Below are positions 31,898-45,210 of a DNA stretch of 64,000 nucleotides, one piece after another. Location of the stretch: NCBI GenBank assembly GCA_963832165.1, contig CAWHTE010000005.1, forward strand, positions 288,001 to 352,000, written 5' to 3'. The translations under genes and the position numbers were made by a program. The notes below the pieces were generated by a model. It saw only the letters and a program-made list of their open reading frames with translations, was not told the DNA's origin and did no database searches. Positions within the stretch are counted from its first letter, which is position 1. The number at the start of each line of letters is the position of its first letter. The stretch is from an uncultured delta proteobacterium (GTDB taxonomy: Bacteria > Myxococcota_A > UBA9160 > SMWR01).

Positions 31898-32970
31898 CGG
31901 GCCTCCTCCCGCAGGGCGAGTCCCACTCCGACGCCCAGCGCGGGCGCGAGGTCATCGAGATAGTCCGGCTCGTAGCGGCTCGACGGGAGCATCCGCGTGA
32001 GCGGATTCAGCACCGCCACCGCGAGGCCGGTGCGGTCGTGGAAGGCCTTCGCGAAGCCGGACACCTTCGAGGCGCCGCCCGCGAGGTAGACCTTCTCGAT
32101 CCGGCTGTCGGCGCTCGTCGCGCCGTAGAAGTCGAGCGAGCGGCTGATCTCGCCGATCACGGTCTCGGTCACGCTCTGGATCGCCTGCTCGACTTCCTGC
32201 GGCACCACGTCCTGGCTGCCGCTCTTGCGTCCGCCGAGCTTGATCCGCTCCGCTTCGCTGAAGCTGATCGAGAGCGCCTTCTGGATCTCTTCGGTGTACT
32301 GGTTGCCCGCGGTCGTGATGTCGCGCGTGAAGCACGGCACGCCGCCCGCGACGATGTTGATGTTGACGACCTGCGCGCCCACGTTCACGAGCGCGACGGT
32401 CGAGCCGCGCGACTCGGCGTAGTTGGCCTCGAACGCGTTCTCCACGGCGAAGGCCGCGACGTCGATCGCCACCGGCACGAGGCCCGCCTCGTGGATCACC
32501 TGCACGTAGTCGTCGATCAGGTCCTTCTTCGCGGCGACGAGCAGGACCTCCATCTGACCCTCGTCGTTGCCTCCGCCGAGGATCTGGAAGTCGAGGTTCA
32601 CCTCGTTGACGTCGAACGGGATGTACTGCTCCGCTTCCCAGCGGATCTGCTCGTCGAGCTCCTCGCGGCTCATCGCGGGAAGGCTCACCTTCTTCACGAT
32701 CACCGAGTGGCCCGACACCGCGGCCGCGACGTTCTTGGTCTTGATCTTGCCGTTGTCGATCGCCTCGCGGATCGCCTCGGTGATCGCGCTCGCGTTCAGG
32801 AACGCGCCCTGCACGATCGCCTCGGCGGGCACGTTCGCGACGCCGAGGTGCGACAGCTCGAAGCCGCCCGAGCGGCCCTTCATCGTGAGCTCGACGGCCT
32901 TGATCGTGGACGAGCCGACGTCGAGTCCGACGATCGATCGGGAGTTGAAACGCGGAAGGCTGAATTTCAC
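31894..32970 (-). CDS. pilM: Type IV pilus actin-like protein PilM
   Basis: GTG 32970; VGLDVGSSTIKAVEL, IRWEAEQYIPFDVNEVNLDF, VLLVAAKKDLIDDY. Confidence 0.95.
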   Translation of the reverse strand: MKFSLPRFNSRSIVGLDVGSSTIKAVELTMKGRSGGFELSHLGVANVPAEAIVQGAFLNASAITEAIREAIDNGKIKTKNVAAAVSGHSVIVKKVSLPAMSREELDEQIRWEAEQYIPFDVNEVNLDFQILGGGNDEGQMEVLLVAAKKDLIDDYVQVIHEAGLVPVAIDVAAFAVENAFEANYAESRGSTVALVNVGAQVVNINIVAGGVPCFTRDITTAGNQYTEEIQKALSISFSEAERIKLGGRKSGSQDVVPQEVEQAIQSVTETVIGEISRSLDFYGATSADSRIEKVYLAGGASKVSGFAKAFHDRTGLAVAVLNPLTRMLPSSRYEPDYLDDLAPALGVGVGLALREEAR

Positions 32971-32996
32971 GATGAGATCTCCCCGGGACGCGAGTC

Positions 32997-33248
32997 TCAG
33001 GTCTGGTTCTCGTGCATGGACAGGAGCGCGGCCGCGATCGGCGCGTCGGTGCGCATGCCGAACACGCGGTCCTTGTCGCTGATGCGAAGACCGAGCGCGA
33101 GGAGCACCTTGCGCTTGGTGTCGAGGCGGCACGGACGTCCCGCCTCCACGCGATCGATCGTCAAGGTCGACAGGCCCGCCTTGCGAGCCAGCTCCGCTTT
33201 GCTCATCATCAGAGCTTCGCGATATCGCTGCACGTTGTTGCTCGGCAC
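32997..33248 (-). CDS. Small XRE-type helix-turn-helix protein upstream of pilM
   Basis: GTG after GGAGG; NNVQRYREALMMSKAELARKAGLSTLTIDRVEAGRPCRLDTKRKVLLALG. Confidence 0.82.
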   Translation of the reverse strand: MPSNNVQRYREALMMSKAELARKAGLSTLTIDRVEAGRPCRLDTKRKVLLALGLRISDKDRVFGMRTDAPIAAALLSMHENQT

Positions 33249-33457
33249 TCTCCCCCTCCAGCAACCCTGCATCCGCACCTTTTTCCGAGCACGGCAAAAG
33301 GACTTCGCTCGTATCGGCGCGAGGTTTGGGCGACTTGAGACTGCTTGCTCACTCTGCGCAAGCGCGCGCGTAGGCGGGCTGCGGGCAACTACTGCGCAGC
33401 AGGCCAGCAGCCCGGGATGCACTCACGCAGCGCGCAGGGCGATCCGATATCCCCACG

Positions 33458-34774
33458 GTGGCTGCCCGCATCCTGATCATCGACAGCGACCCTGCCGCCT
33501 GGGCGGAGGTCCAGCGCGCACTCGAGGCCGCGGGGTGTGAAGTGGTTTGCGCAGCCGGCACGCCCGCCGCGCTCGCGGCGCTCGACGGGTCGCGCTTCGA
33601 TCTCGTGCTGTGCGACTGGCGCATGCCGTTTCGGGAGGGCTCACCGCTCGCGGCCGAGCTGACGCGGCGCCTGCCCGATGGCCGCTGCGTGATGACCTCG
33701 GACGAGGGGCTCGACGCGCTCGCCGCCGAGGCGATCGCGCGCGGCTGGGCCGAGGTGCTCGCGCTTCCCACGCCGGCCGCCGCGGTGCTGCTCGCGCTGC
33801 GCCGCGCGCGCGAACGCCAGCGCCTGCGCCGGCGCGCATCGCTCTTCGAGGAGGACCTCGCGCGCGCCGCGGGCGATCGGCCGATCGTCGCGGCGTCGCC
33901 AGTCATGATCGACCTGCTCGAGGAGCTCGAACGGGTCGCAGTCGCGCGCAGCGCGGTGCTGCTCACGGGCGAGCCCGGGAGCGGCCGCGAGGGCATCGCG
34001 CGCGCGATCCACTCCCAGTCGCCGCGCCGCGGCGGATCGTTCGTCGCCGTGAACTGCGCGCACGGGTCCGATCGCGAGCGCGAGTACCGCCTGTTCGGCA
34101 GCGGCCGCAGCTCGGCACCCGGTTCTGCACTCGCGGACGCGCACGGCGGCACGCTCTACCTCGATACGATCGATGCACTCCCTCTGCCGCTGCAGACACG
34201 CCTCGTCAGCGCGCTGCGCGACGCCGAGTCGGCCAGCGCTTCGGAGGGCGCCAAACCCCGCGCGATCGCCTCGACGCGCGCCGATCTCGACGAGCTCGTG
34301 CGGCGCGGCGCGTTCTGGAAGGAGCTCTACGAGCTGCTGCGCGAGGTCCACCTGCGCGTTCCCCCGCTGCGCGAGCGGCGCGAGGACATCCCGTTGCTCG
34401 TCGACCATTTCCTCGCGCGCGCGGCCGCCGCACGCGGCCGCACCCAGCTCACGGTCACGGGCGACGCGCTCGACGTGCTCATCGCCTATCGCTGGCCCGG
34501 GAACGTGCGCGAGCTCGCCGCGGTGCTCGAGCACGCCGCAGACCTCTCGGCCGAGGACTCGATCTCCGCGCGCGAGCTGCCCGACGACCTCACGCACGGG
34601 CCCGAATCCGGGAATCCCTTCGCGCTGCGCGCCGCGCGGCGCGCGTTCGAGATCGACCTGATCCGCCGGACTCTGCGCGCAACCGCGGGCAACCGGACCC
34701 GGGCCGCGCGACTGCTCGAGATCAGCCACCGAGCGCTGCTGTACAAGCTCAAGGAGCTCGAGATCCGCGATTAG
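33458..34774 (+). CDS. NtrC-like response regulator with degenerate AAA+ domain (pseudo-bEBP)
   Basis: Receiver (DLVLCDWRMP), AAA remnants (GEPGSGRE, FVAVNCA, LYLDTID, WPGNVREL) and Fis HTH; GAFTGA absent. Confidence 0.8.
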   Translation: MAARILIIDSDPAAWAEVQRALEAAGCEVVCAAGTPAALAALDGSRFDLVLCDWRMPFREGSPLAAELTRRLPDGRCVMTSDEGLDALAAEAIARGWAEVLALPTPAAAVLLALRRARERQRLRRRASLFEEDLARAAGDRPIVAASPVMIDLLEELERVAVARSAVLLTGEPGSGREGIARAIHSQSPRRGGSFVAVNCAHGSDREREYRLFGSGRSSAPGSALADAHGGTLYLDTIDALPLPLQTRLVSALRDAESASASEGAKPRAIASTRADLDELVRRGAFWKELYELLREVHLRVPPLRERREDIPLLVDHFLARAAAARGRTQLTVTGDALDVLIAYRWPGNVRELAAVLEHAADLSAEDSISARELPDDLTHGPESGNPFALRAARRAFEIDLIRRTLRATAGNRTRAARLLEISHRALLYKLKELEIRD

Positions 34775-34795
34775 GCGCGGAAGCGCCGCGAACGG

Positions 34796-36208
34796 CTACT
34801 CCGGCTCGTCCTCGCCGCCCGCGCTGGGCTCCTCGAGGCCGAGCTTCTCGAGCCGGTAGCGGAACGAGCGGAACGAGATCCCGAGCCGCTGCGCAGCGCG
34901 CTTCTTCACGCCCCCGCATTGGTCGAGCGCCTCGACCAGGAGGCCCCGCTCGTAGTCTGCGAGCACGCTCTCGAGGGAGATCCCTTCCGCGGGCAGCCGA
35001 TCGCGCCCCGATCCGCTCCGCGCGCGCACCACGGTGGGCGGGAGCACCTCGACGCCGATCTCCCCGCCGCGCGAGAGCGCCACGGCGCGCTCGATCACGT
35101 TCTCGAGCTCGCGCACGTTGCCGGGATAGTCGTAGGCCACGAGCTTCTCGAGCGCCGCGTCGCTCACGCGCTGCACTTCGCGACCGAGCTCGCTCTCGTA
35201 CTTCGCGACGAAGTGCGCGACGAGCAGCGGGATGTCCTCGCGCCGATCGCGGAGCGGAGGCAGCTCCACTTCGATCACGTTCAGGCGGTAGTAGAGGTCC
35301 TCGCGGAAGCGCCCGCCCGCCACCTCCTCCTCGAGCCGGCGATTGGTCGCGGCGACCAGCCGCGCGTCGAAGCGGATGTCGGAAGTGCCCCCGACGCGCC
35401 GGAACGTGCGCTCCTGGATCACGCGCAGGAGCTTCACCTGGAGCGGCAGCGAGAGCTCGCCGATCTCGTCGAGGAAGACCGTGCCCGCGTGCGCGGTCTC
35501 GAACAGGCCCGGCTTGCTGTTCACCGCGCCCGTGAACGCGCCCTTCACGTGGCCGAACAGCTCCGACTCGAGCAGGTTCTCGGGGATCGCGCCGCAGTTG
35601 ACCGCGACGAACGGGCTGTCGCGCCGCTCGCTGCCATCGTGGATCGCGCGCGCGGCGATCTCCTTGCCGGTGCCGCTCTCGCCCGAGATGAGTACGTTCG
35701 CCTTGGTCGCGGCCACCTGTGCGATCAGGTCCACGACGCGTTGCATCACCGCGCTCGTGCCGATCAGGTGGCGTTCGCGGGTTCGGCTGCGCAGCTCGCT
35801 GCGCAGGCGGCGGTTCTCGCTCGACAGCGACTTCTTCTCGATCGCCTTCTCGACGATCAGCCGGATCGCGTCGACCTTGAACGGCTTGGTGATGTAGTCG
35901 TAGGCGCCTTCCTTCATCGCTGCGATCGCGGTCTCGGTGGTCGCGAACGCCGTCATCACGATCACGAGCGTCTCGGCGCCCGAATCCTGGCGCGCGTGCA
36001 CGTCGCGCAACAGCTCGAGGCCGCTGCCGCCCGGCATCTGGAGGTCGGTGATCACGAGATCGAAGTCGTCGTGCTCGAGCGCGACACGCGCGGCGGCGAC
36101 GTCGCCGACCGTCACCGCGTCATAGCCCTCGCTGCGCAGGAAGATCTCCAGGAACTCCTGCATGCTCTGCTCGTCGTCGACGACGAGGACCCGCGCGCGC
36201 GCGCTCAC
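34796..36208 (-). CDS. pilR: Sigma54-dependent response regulator PilR
   Basis: GTG overlaps the pilS stop; VLVVDDE receiver; GESGTGKE; ESELFGHVKGAFTGA; FLDEIGE; HTH ISFRSFRYRLEKLG. Confidence 0.88.
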   Translation of the reverse strand: MSARARVLVVDDEQSMQEFLEIFLRSEGYDAVTVGDVAAARVALEHDDFDLVITDLQMPGGSGLELLRDVHARQDSGAETLVIVMTAFATTETAIAAMKEGAYDYITKPFKVDAIRLIVEKAIEKKSLSSENRRLRSELRSRTRERHLIGTSAVMQRVVDLIAQVAATKANVLISGESGTGKEIAARAIHDGSERRDSPFVAVNCGAIPENLLESELFGHVKGAFTGAVNSKPGLFETAHAGTVFLDEIGELSLPLQVKLLRVIQERTFRRVGGTSDIRFDARLVAATNRRLEEEVAGGRFREDLYYRLNVIEVELPPLRDRREDIPLLVAHFVAKYESELGREVQRVSDAALEKLVAYDYPGNVRELENVIERAVALSRGGEIGVEVLPPTVVRARSGSGRDRLPAEGISLESVLADYERGLLVEALDQCGGVKKRAAQRLGISFRSFRYRLEKLGLEEPSAGGEDEPE

Positions 36209-37897
36209 GACGCGACCTCTGCGTTCGGAAGCAAGAGGCAGAACGCGGTCCGGAACGCGCCTGCGCGCCGCTCGACGCGCACGAGCCCGTGGTGCTCCGC
36301 GACGACGCGGTGCACGATCGCGAGACCCAGACCGGTACCGCCGGCTTTGGTCGTGAAGAACGGATCGAACACGCGATCCACGATTTCCTTGGGAATGCCG
36401 ACACCCTGATCCATCACGGTGATCTCGGCCCACACGGGTTTCTTCTCGTCCATTCGGCCCGGGAAGCGCTCCCCTTGAGCCGCCCCGCGGCGAGACGGCC
36501 GCGCCTCGATGCGCAGGGCGCCGCCGTCGGGCATCGCCTGCGCCGCGTTCACGAGCAGGTTCCAGAGCACCTGGCGGAGCTGACCCGGGTCCGCGTGGAC
36601 GGCGAGCCCCGCGTGCAGATCGCATTCGACCCCCACCGCCGCGGGGCGCGCGGCCTCGAACATCTCGAGCACCTCGCCCACGAGGTCGGCCAGCGTCACG
36701 CGCTCGATGCGCGGCTCGCCCGGCCGCGCGAACGAGAGGAAGTCGGTGATCAGCCCGTCGAGCCGGTCGACCTCGCGCAGCACGATCCCCATCAGCCGGT
36801 CCGAGTCGACGCGGCCTCCGGGGCCGTCCGACTTCATCATCTGGATCGAGCCCGAGATCGCCGCGAGCGGGTTGCGAATCTCGTGCGCGATGCTCGCGGA
36901 CAGCTCGCCGACCGCGGCCAGCCGCTCGGAGCGGCGCAGCTCGCGCTCCATCGCCACGACGTCGGTGACGTCCTGGAAGATCACCACCTCGCCCGCCGCA
37001 GCGTTCGAGGCGTCGCGCAGCACGTAGGCGCCGATGCCGAGATGCAGCGAGCTCCCTTCCGGCCCCGCGAACACCATGCGCGCGCGCGCGCCAGGCTCGC
37101 TCGGGTGCGCGCCCGGGAAGCAGCGAGCGCACGCCCGGAAGCACCTGCTCGACGTCGCGCCCGAGCGCTTCGGTGCGCGCGAGCCCGGTGATCCGCTGCG
37201 CCTCCTGGTTGAACGAGGTGACGCGGCCCTCGAGGTCGGTGGTGAGCAGCCCGCTCTTCAGGCTCTCCACGGTGCGCTGGTGCAGCGTGCGGAGCTGCTC
37301 GAGGTCCTGCGTGCGCTCGGCGAGCGCGGTGCCCGTGCGCATGAGCTCGCGCGCGAGGAAGCCCGAGAGCCCGGATGCGCCGAACAGAGCCGAAGCGTGG
37401 ACCGCCCAGCTCGTGAACAGCACCGCGAACGGCTCGGAGCCGAGCGCGGGTCCGAGCCAGCCGCGGTGGCCGAGCAAGAGCACGCAGGCGTAGGCGAGCG
37501 TCCCCGCGCTCGCGCACGCGAGCGCACCCACGCCCGGGAACAGCACACCCGCGTACAGCCCCACGGCGACGTACAGAAACGTGAACACCGAATCCTTGCC
37601 GCCCGAGAACAGCACGAGCGCCGATACCAGCGCGAGGTCGGTGGCCACGTTGATTGCCGCGAACGCGCGCGGGCGCTCGATCCGGCCCACGAGCGGCCGG
37701 TACACGAGCGTCGCGACGAAGCACAGCGCAACGGCGACGTAGAAGCCGGGCCACTGCGTCGCGGGCGTCTCGCGCCCGATCGCATCGAGCGTGATGCCGA
37801 TCGCGAGACCGCCGATCGCGAGCGCGAGCCGCGATGCCATCAGCACGAGCAGCACCCGCTCGACCCGAGGGTCGCGGTTCGGCCAGCGCGAGCTCAC
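36205..37897 (-). CDS. pilS: Sensor histidine kinase PilS, one frameshift near 37080-37120
   Basis: Multi-TM N-terminus and PAS-like segment in the 34796..37897 frame; SIAHEIRNPL, WNLLVNAAQAM, DQGVGI, FFTTKAGGTGLGL in 36205..37077. Confidence 0.85.
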
Positions 37898-37940
37898 CTG
37901 CTCCGCCCTCCCGTTCCGGATCCCCGCTCCTGCGCGTCGC

Positions 37941-39156
37941 TCAGCCGATCGTGTCCGCGATCTTGAAGATCGGCAGGTACATCGCGATCAGCAGGCCGCC
38001 GACCGTGCCGCCGAGGAACACCATCATCAGCGGCTCGAGCATCGCGGTGAGCGCCTCGACCGCCGCGTCGACCTCTTCGTCGTAGAAGTCGGCGATCTTC
38101 GAGAGCATCGTGTCCATCGCGCCGGTCTGCTCACCGACCGCGATCATCTGCACGACCATGCCCGGGAACACGTCCGACTCCGCGAGCGGCTCCGCGATCG
38201 TCTTGCCCTCGGTGATCGCCGCGCGCACCTTCCGGAGCGCCTCCTCGATCACCATGTTGCCGGCCGTGCGCGCGACGATGTCGAGCGCGTCGAGGATCGG
38301 CACGCCCGACGAGATCATCGTGCCGAGCGTGCGCGTGAAGCGCGCGACGGCCACCTTGCGCAGCAGCGGGCCGAACACGGGCATCTTCAGGAACGATCGC
38401 GTCGGTCGCGCGGCGGAACTTCAGGTTCTTGCGGCGCGCCGTCATGAACGCGATGAACGAACCGACGAGTACGACCATGAACAGCGCGATCCAGTCCTGC
38501 ATGAAGTGCGAGAGCTCGATGACGAACTGCGGTCGGGCCCGGGCAGCTCGCCGCCGAAGTCCGCGAACATCTTCTCGAAGATCGGGATGACCTTGATCAG
38601 CATCAGGACCACGACGCCGATCGCGACGACGAGCACGGTGGTCGGGTAGACCATCGCGCCCTTGACCTGGCGCTTCGAGCGCGTCCGCCTTCTCGATGTA
38701 GACGGCGAGGCGGTTCAGGATCGTGTCGAGGATGCCGCCGATCTCGCCGGCCTGGACCAGGTTGACGTAGAGGTCGTCGAAGAGCTTCGGGTGCTTGCGC
38801 AGCGCGTCGGCGAAGGTCGAGCCCTGCTCGACGTCCGCCTTCACCTCGCGAATGATCGCCTTGAAGGTCTTGTTCGGCTGCTGGTTGCCGAGGATGTCGA
38901 GGCACTGCACGAGCGGCAGGCCGGCGTCGATCATCGTCGCGAACTGGCGGGTGAAGATCACGAGCTCGCGGGTCTTGATGCCCTGCTTGAGGAACGGCAG
39001 GTACTCGCTGAGGTCCTTCGACTTCTCCTTGACCGTGACGGGCAGGAGCAGCTGCGAGCGAAGCTGCGCCATCACGGCGGCTTCGTTCATCGCCTCGATC
39101 TCGCCCTTCTTCAGCTTCCCGGTGCGGGTCCGCGCTTTCCACTGAAAGATCGGCAT
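37941..39156 (-). CDS. pilC: Type IV pilus platform protein PilC, about 3 frameshifts
   Basis: [69 protein letters not shown] spread over several frames. Confidence 0.85.
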
Positions 39157-39193
39157 CGCCCTCTACTCCTCCGCTCTCGAGTCGAGAGCCCCC

Positions 39194-40313
<1,120 letters not shown>

Positions 40314-40330
40314 CGAATCCGACTCCTGGC

Positions 40331-42040
<1,710 letters not shown>

Positions 42041-42328
42041 AACCCCCCCGCGCGCCAGCCGTGCAGTCCCAGCGGAGCTGCGCGAGCGCGCAATTCTGCC
42101 GAGATGCCGCAGAGATATCGGTCCGCGGAGCAGTGACCTTTACCGTCACCGCTCGGACGAAGTGCGCAGCCGCGCGCACGCAGGTTGCAGCCGCGGGCGA
42201 GGGTTCCAAGCGAGCTGGATTCAGATCCAGCTCATCGCAGAGTCGCGTGAAGCAGCTCCGCTTCGAGGGAAAGCCGCCCCCTTCGTTCCCTGAAAGCCAA
42301 ACCAGGAGTGCCTGGGCAGTCCCGCCCC

Positions 42329-43015
42329 CTACACCGAACGTCCGGGGATCTCCTCCGGATCCAGCAACCCGCTCCCCCGCCAGCCGATAGCCAGGAGCCA
42401 GGATCGAGGTAGGGCTACCGGCGACGACTCCACGACCTGGACCGTTGGCCGTCTCTTCCAGCCATCGAACCAACGCCCCGAGGACGCCGGATCGATCCGC
42501 AAAGCACTCGAAAGAGTCCGGCCGGCCTTCGCCGCATGCCGCCGTGCGTTCAGCAGCACGTAGGCGAGCGCATTCCGCACCTCGCGTGGGGTCCGCAGCA
42601 CGCGCATGTGGTAGCGATCGGCCAAGACCGGCCCCGAGCGCCCGAAGATGCGATTCACTCCTCGCGCGAGGCGCGCGCCCAACGCCTTCATTCCGCGGCC
42701 GAGAGCGTTCGCATCGGCGGCTTCGATGATCAGGTGGGCGTGATTGCTCTGGAGTGAGTAGTGAACCAGCCGAAAATCGTCGCGCTCACAGCCGGCAGCG
42801 AAGCTCCGCTCGAGTTCGCGCACCAGCCGGACCGTGCGCAGCGAAGGAATTCCTTCGCGGACCTTCAGGGTCACGTGACACGGTAGACGATGCGCGAACG
42901 CGCCGCGCGATCGATGCCGTATCCGCGGGTTCAGACCTGGCTTCCGTCCGGCGCCGGGTCTTCGACCCCCATGCCGAACCCGATCGAGCTCGAGCTGTTC
43001 CGCTATGTGACGCAT
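42329..43015 (-). mobile_element. REP-associated tyrosine transposase (RAYT, HUH Y1 family)
   Basis: [20 protein letters not shown] (HUH), [17 protein letters not shown] (catalytic Tyr helix); N-terminal HGGRRPGAGRKP. Confidence 0.82.
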
Positions 43016-43023
43016 CGCAGTGT

Positions 43024-43052
43024 AGATTAGGGCTATGTTCCAGAGGAGTCAA
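43024..43052 (-). promoter_or_regulatory. Sigma70-type promoter of the RAYT gene, probably giving a leaderless mRNA
   Basis: Minus strand TTGACT-N17-TAATCT; ATG 8 nt downstream with no Shine-Dalgarno sequence. Confidence 0.55.
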
Positions 43053-43166
43053 CAGCCCATCGATGAATCGCGCGTTAGGCGCCAGATTCAGACGTTATGC
43101 GCCGCTTCGATGGATCGAAATCCATTCCCTCGGAGCCAGCCGGCCGCGGTTGAGGCTCCCAGGCTG

Positions 43167-44183
43167 CTATTCAGCGGCTCCGCTCGGCGCCGAGCCGGGC
43201 AGATCGCGCAGGTGGACGTGCCGCGAGCGCATCACGAGCGCGCCGGTGCCGGTCATCGTGAACCAGAAGACGGCGTGGGCGAGCGTTCCGATCGCGACCG
43301 CGGTCTCCGCGGAGACGCCGAACTGCTCGAGCGCGAGGCGACACGCGGAGTGGTAGAGGCCGAAGAACCCCGGCGCCGCGGGCAGCGCCACGGCGACGCC
43401 GAGCGCGGAGAGCGTCATCCAGCACGCGGCGAGCGTGCGGACCGGGCCCCCGAGGTCCAGCCCGACCGCCCAGATCGCGGCGAGGATCGGCAGCGTCGAT
43501 ACGATCAGCCAGACCGCGATCGACTCCACCGCGATCCACGCGAGATGCGAGCCGCCGCGCAGCGCGCCGAGGCCCGCCGCGAAGCCGCGCAGCTGGTGCA
43601 GCACCCACTCCGAGATGCGCGCGGGGGTCGGGCGCAGCATCAGTGCGGCGAGTCCGAGCAGGGACTCCGGCGCTGCGCGCAGCCAGACGAGCCCTGCGAG
43701 CGGCACGAGCGCGACCGGCGCGAGCCAGAGCACTCCGCGCCGGAACACCTCGCTCTCGCCGCCCGCGAACGCCATGGCGGCGAGCGCCATCGCGAGCACG
43801 GACAGGCCGTCGATCACGCGCTCGAGCACGACCGTCGCGAGCACGGCGGGGACCGGGGCCTGCGTCTCGCGCGCGAGGAAGCCCACGCGCACGAATTCGC
43901 CGATCCGCAGCGGGAAGATGTTGTTGGCCATGAAGCCGACCGCGACGGCGCGAAACAGCGCCGCGCGCGGCATCGGCGCAATCGCGTCGGTCAGGTGACC
44001 CCAGCGCAGCGCGCGCAACCAGACCACCGCGACATAGGAAGGCACGGAGATCCCGATCAAGAGGCCCCAGCGCGCGCGCCGGAACTCGGCCCCGAGTGCG
44101 CCGAAGTCCACGCCGCGCAGCGCGAACCACACTGCGAGCAGCGCGACCGCGAGGCCAAGTGCGATGCGCAGGCGCTGGTTCAA
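43167..44183 (-). CDS. Lysylphosphatidylglycerol synthase TM / UPF0104 flippase-like membrane protein
   Basis: TTG overlapping the ribF stop; LRALRW, GFMANNIFPLRIGEFVR, VVLERVID, PAAPGFFG. Confidence 0.85.
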   Translation of the reverse strand: MNQRLRIALGLAVALLAVWFALRGVDFGALGAEFRRARWGLLIGISVPSYVAVVWLRALRWGHLTDAIAPMPRAALFRAVAVGFMANNIFPLRIGEFVRVGFLARETQAPVPAVLATVVLERVIDGLSVLAMALAAMAFAGGESEVFRRGVLWLAPVALVPLAGLVWLRAAPESLLGLAALMLRPTPARISEWVLHQLRGFAAGLGALRGGSHLAWIAVESIAVWLIVSTLPILAAIWAVGLDLGGPVRTLAACWMTLSALGVAVALPAAPGFFGLYHSACRLALEQFGVSAETAVAIGTLAHAVFWFTMTGTGALVMRSRHVHLRDLPGSAPSGAAE

Positions 44184-45136
44184 ACGTCCTGCTCGGCGAG
44201 CCGGTGGCGCGCTTCGTCTGCGTCGGCGCCGATCTGGGTGCGCAGCGCGTCGACGCTGGGGAACTTCCGCTCCGCGCGCAGCCAGATCGGAAACGACAGC
44301 TCGACGCGGCGCCCATAGAGGTCGCCGCTCCAGTCGAGCGCGTGCGCCTCGGCGAGCACCTTCTCGCCGCGCTCGAAGGTCGGCCGGCGCCCGACGTTCG
44401 TCACCACGGGCAGGCGCGTGCCGGCCGCAGGATCGCCCGCGTCGAGCAGACGCAGCTCGCCCGCATACACCCCGGGAGCCGGCAGCACCTCGCTCTCCGG
44501 GTCGAGATTGGCGGTCGGGAAGCCGAGCGTGCGGCCGCGCTCGTCGCCGCGCACCACCGTGCCGCGCACCGCGTACGGGCGGCCCAACATGCGCGCGGCG
44601 AGCTCGGGCAGACCGTCCGAGAGCAGGCGGCGGATCCGCGTCGAGTTGACGTCGCCCTCGTCCACCGTCACCTCCGGAATGATCGTCACGGCGAAGCCCA
44701 GGCGGGGCCCGAGCTCGGTCAACAGACGCATCGACCCGCTGCGGTCGCGACCGAAGTGGAAGTCGTATCCCACGTACACTTCCACGGGTCGCAGCCGGCG
44801 ATGCAGGCACTCGCGGATGAATGTCTCCGCGTCCGTGCGCGCGAAGTCGAGCGTGAACGGCTCGACGATCACCGCCTCGACGCCGTGCTGCTCGAGCAGC
44901 TCGATCTTCTGATCGAGCGTCGTGAGCAGGCCCGGCGCGCTGTCGGGTCGCAGCACCTTGCGCGGGTGCGGATCGAACGTGTAGACGACCGCTTCTCCAC
45001 CCACGACGCGCGCGCGCGCGACGACCGTGCGCAGGATCGCCTGGTGGCCGAGATGGATCCCGTCGAAGTTCCCGACCGTGACGACCGGGCTGACCAGCGA
45101 TCCCGCCGCTGCCGCGCTGCCCTTCAAGACCCTCAA
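44180..45136 (-). CDS. ribF: Bifunctional riboflavin kinase/FAD synthetase
   Basis: GNFDGIHLGHQ, TFDPHP, GYDFHFG, NSTRIR, GRTLGFPTAN. Confidence 0.95.
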   Translation of the reverse strand: MRVLKGSAAAAGSLVSPVVTVGNFDGIHLGHQAILRTVVARARVVGGEAVVYTFDPHPRKVLRPDSAPGLLTTLDQKIELLEQHGVEAVIVEPFTLDFARTDAETFIRECLHRRLRPVEVYVGYDFHFGRDRSGSMRLLTELGPRLGFAVTIIPEVTVDEGDVNSTRIRRLLSDGLPELAARMLGRPYAVRGTVVRGDERGRTLGFPTANLDPESEVLPAPGVYAGELRLLDAGDPAAGTRLPVVTNVGRRPTFERGEKVLAEAHALDWSGDLYGRRVELSFPIWLRAERKFPSVDALRTQIGADADEARHRLAEQDV

Positions 45137-45210
45137 GCGTGTGCCTCGCACGTGATCCGGGCGCGCTGCACCCGGGCTCTCCCGCGGGAGCGCGATGCTA
45201 GCCTCCCGCG

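Noticed and set aside
33260..33275. GG-N10-GC sigma54-like motif (CGGATGCAGGGTTGCT, minus strand) before the HTH-pilM operon
   Set aside because: Poor -24 match, and it abuts the Shine-Dalgarno sequence, which would be left out of the transcript.
34796..37897. Apparent 1033-aa membrane sensor-response regulator fusion
   Set aside because: A frameshift in pilS links its N-terminus to the pilR frame through a nonsense stretch; the kinase core is in another frame.
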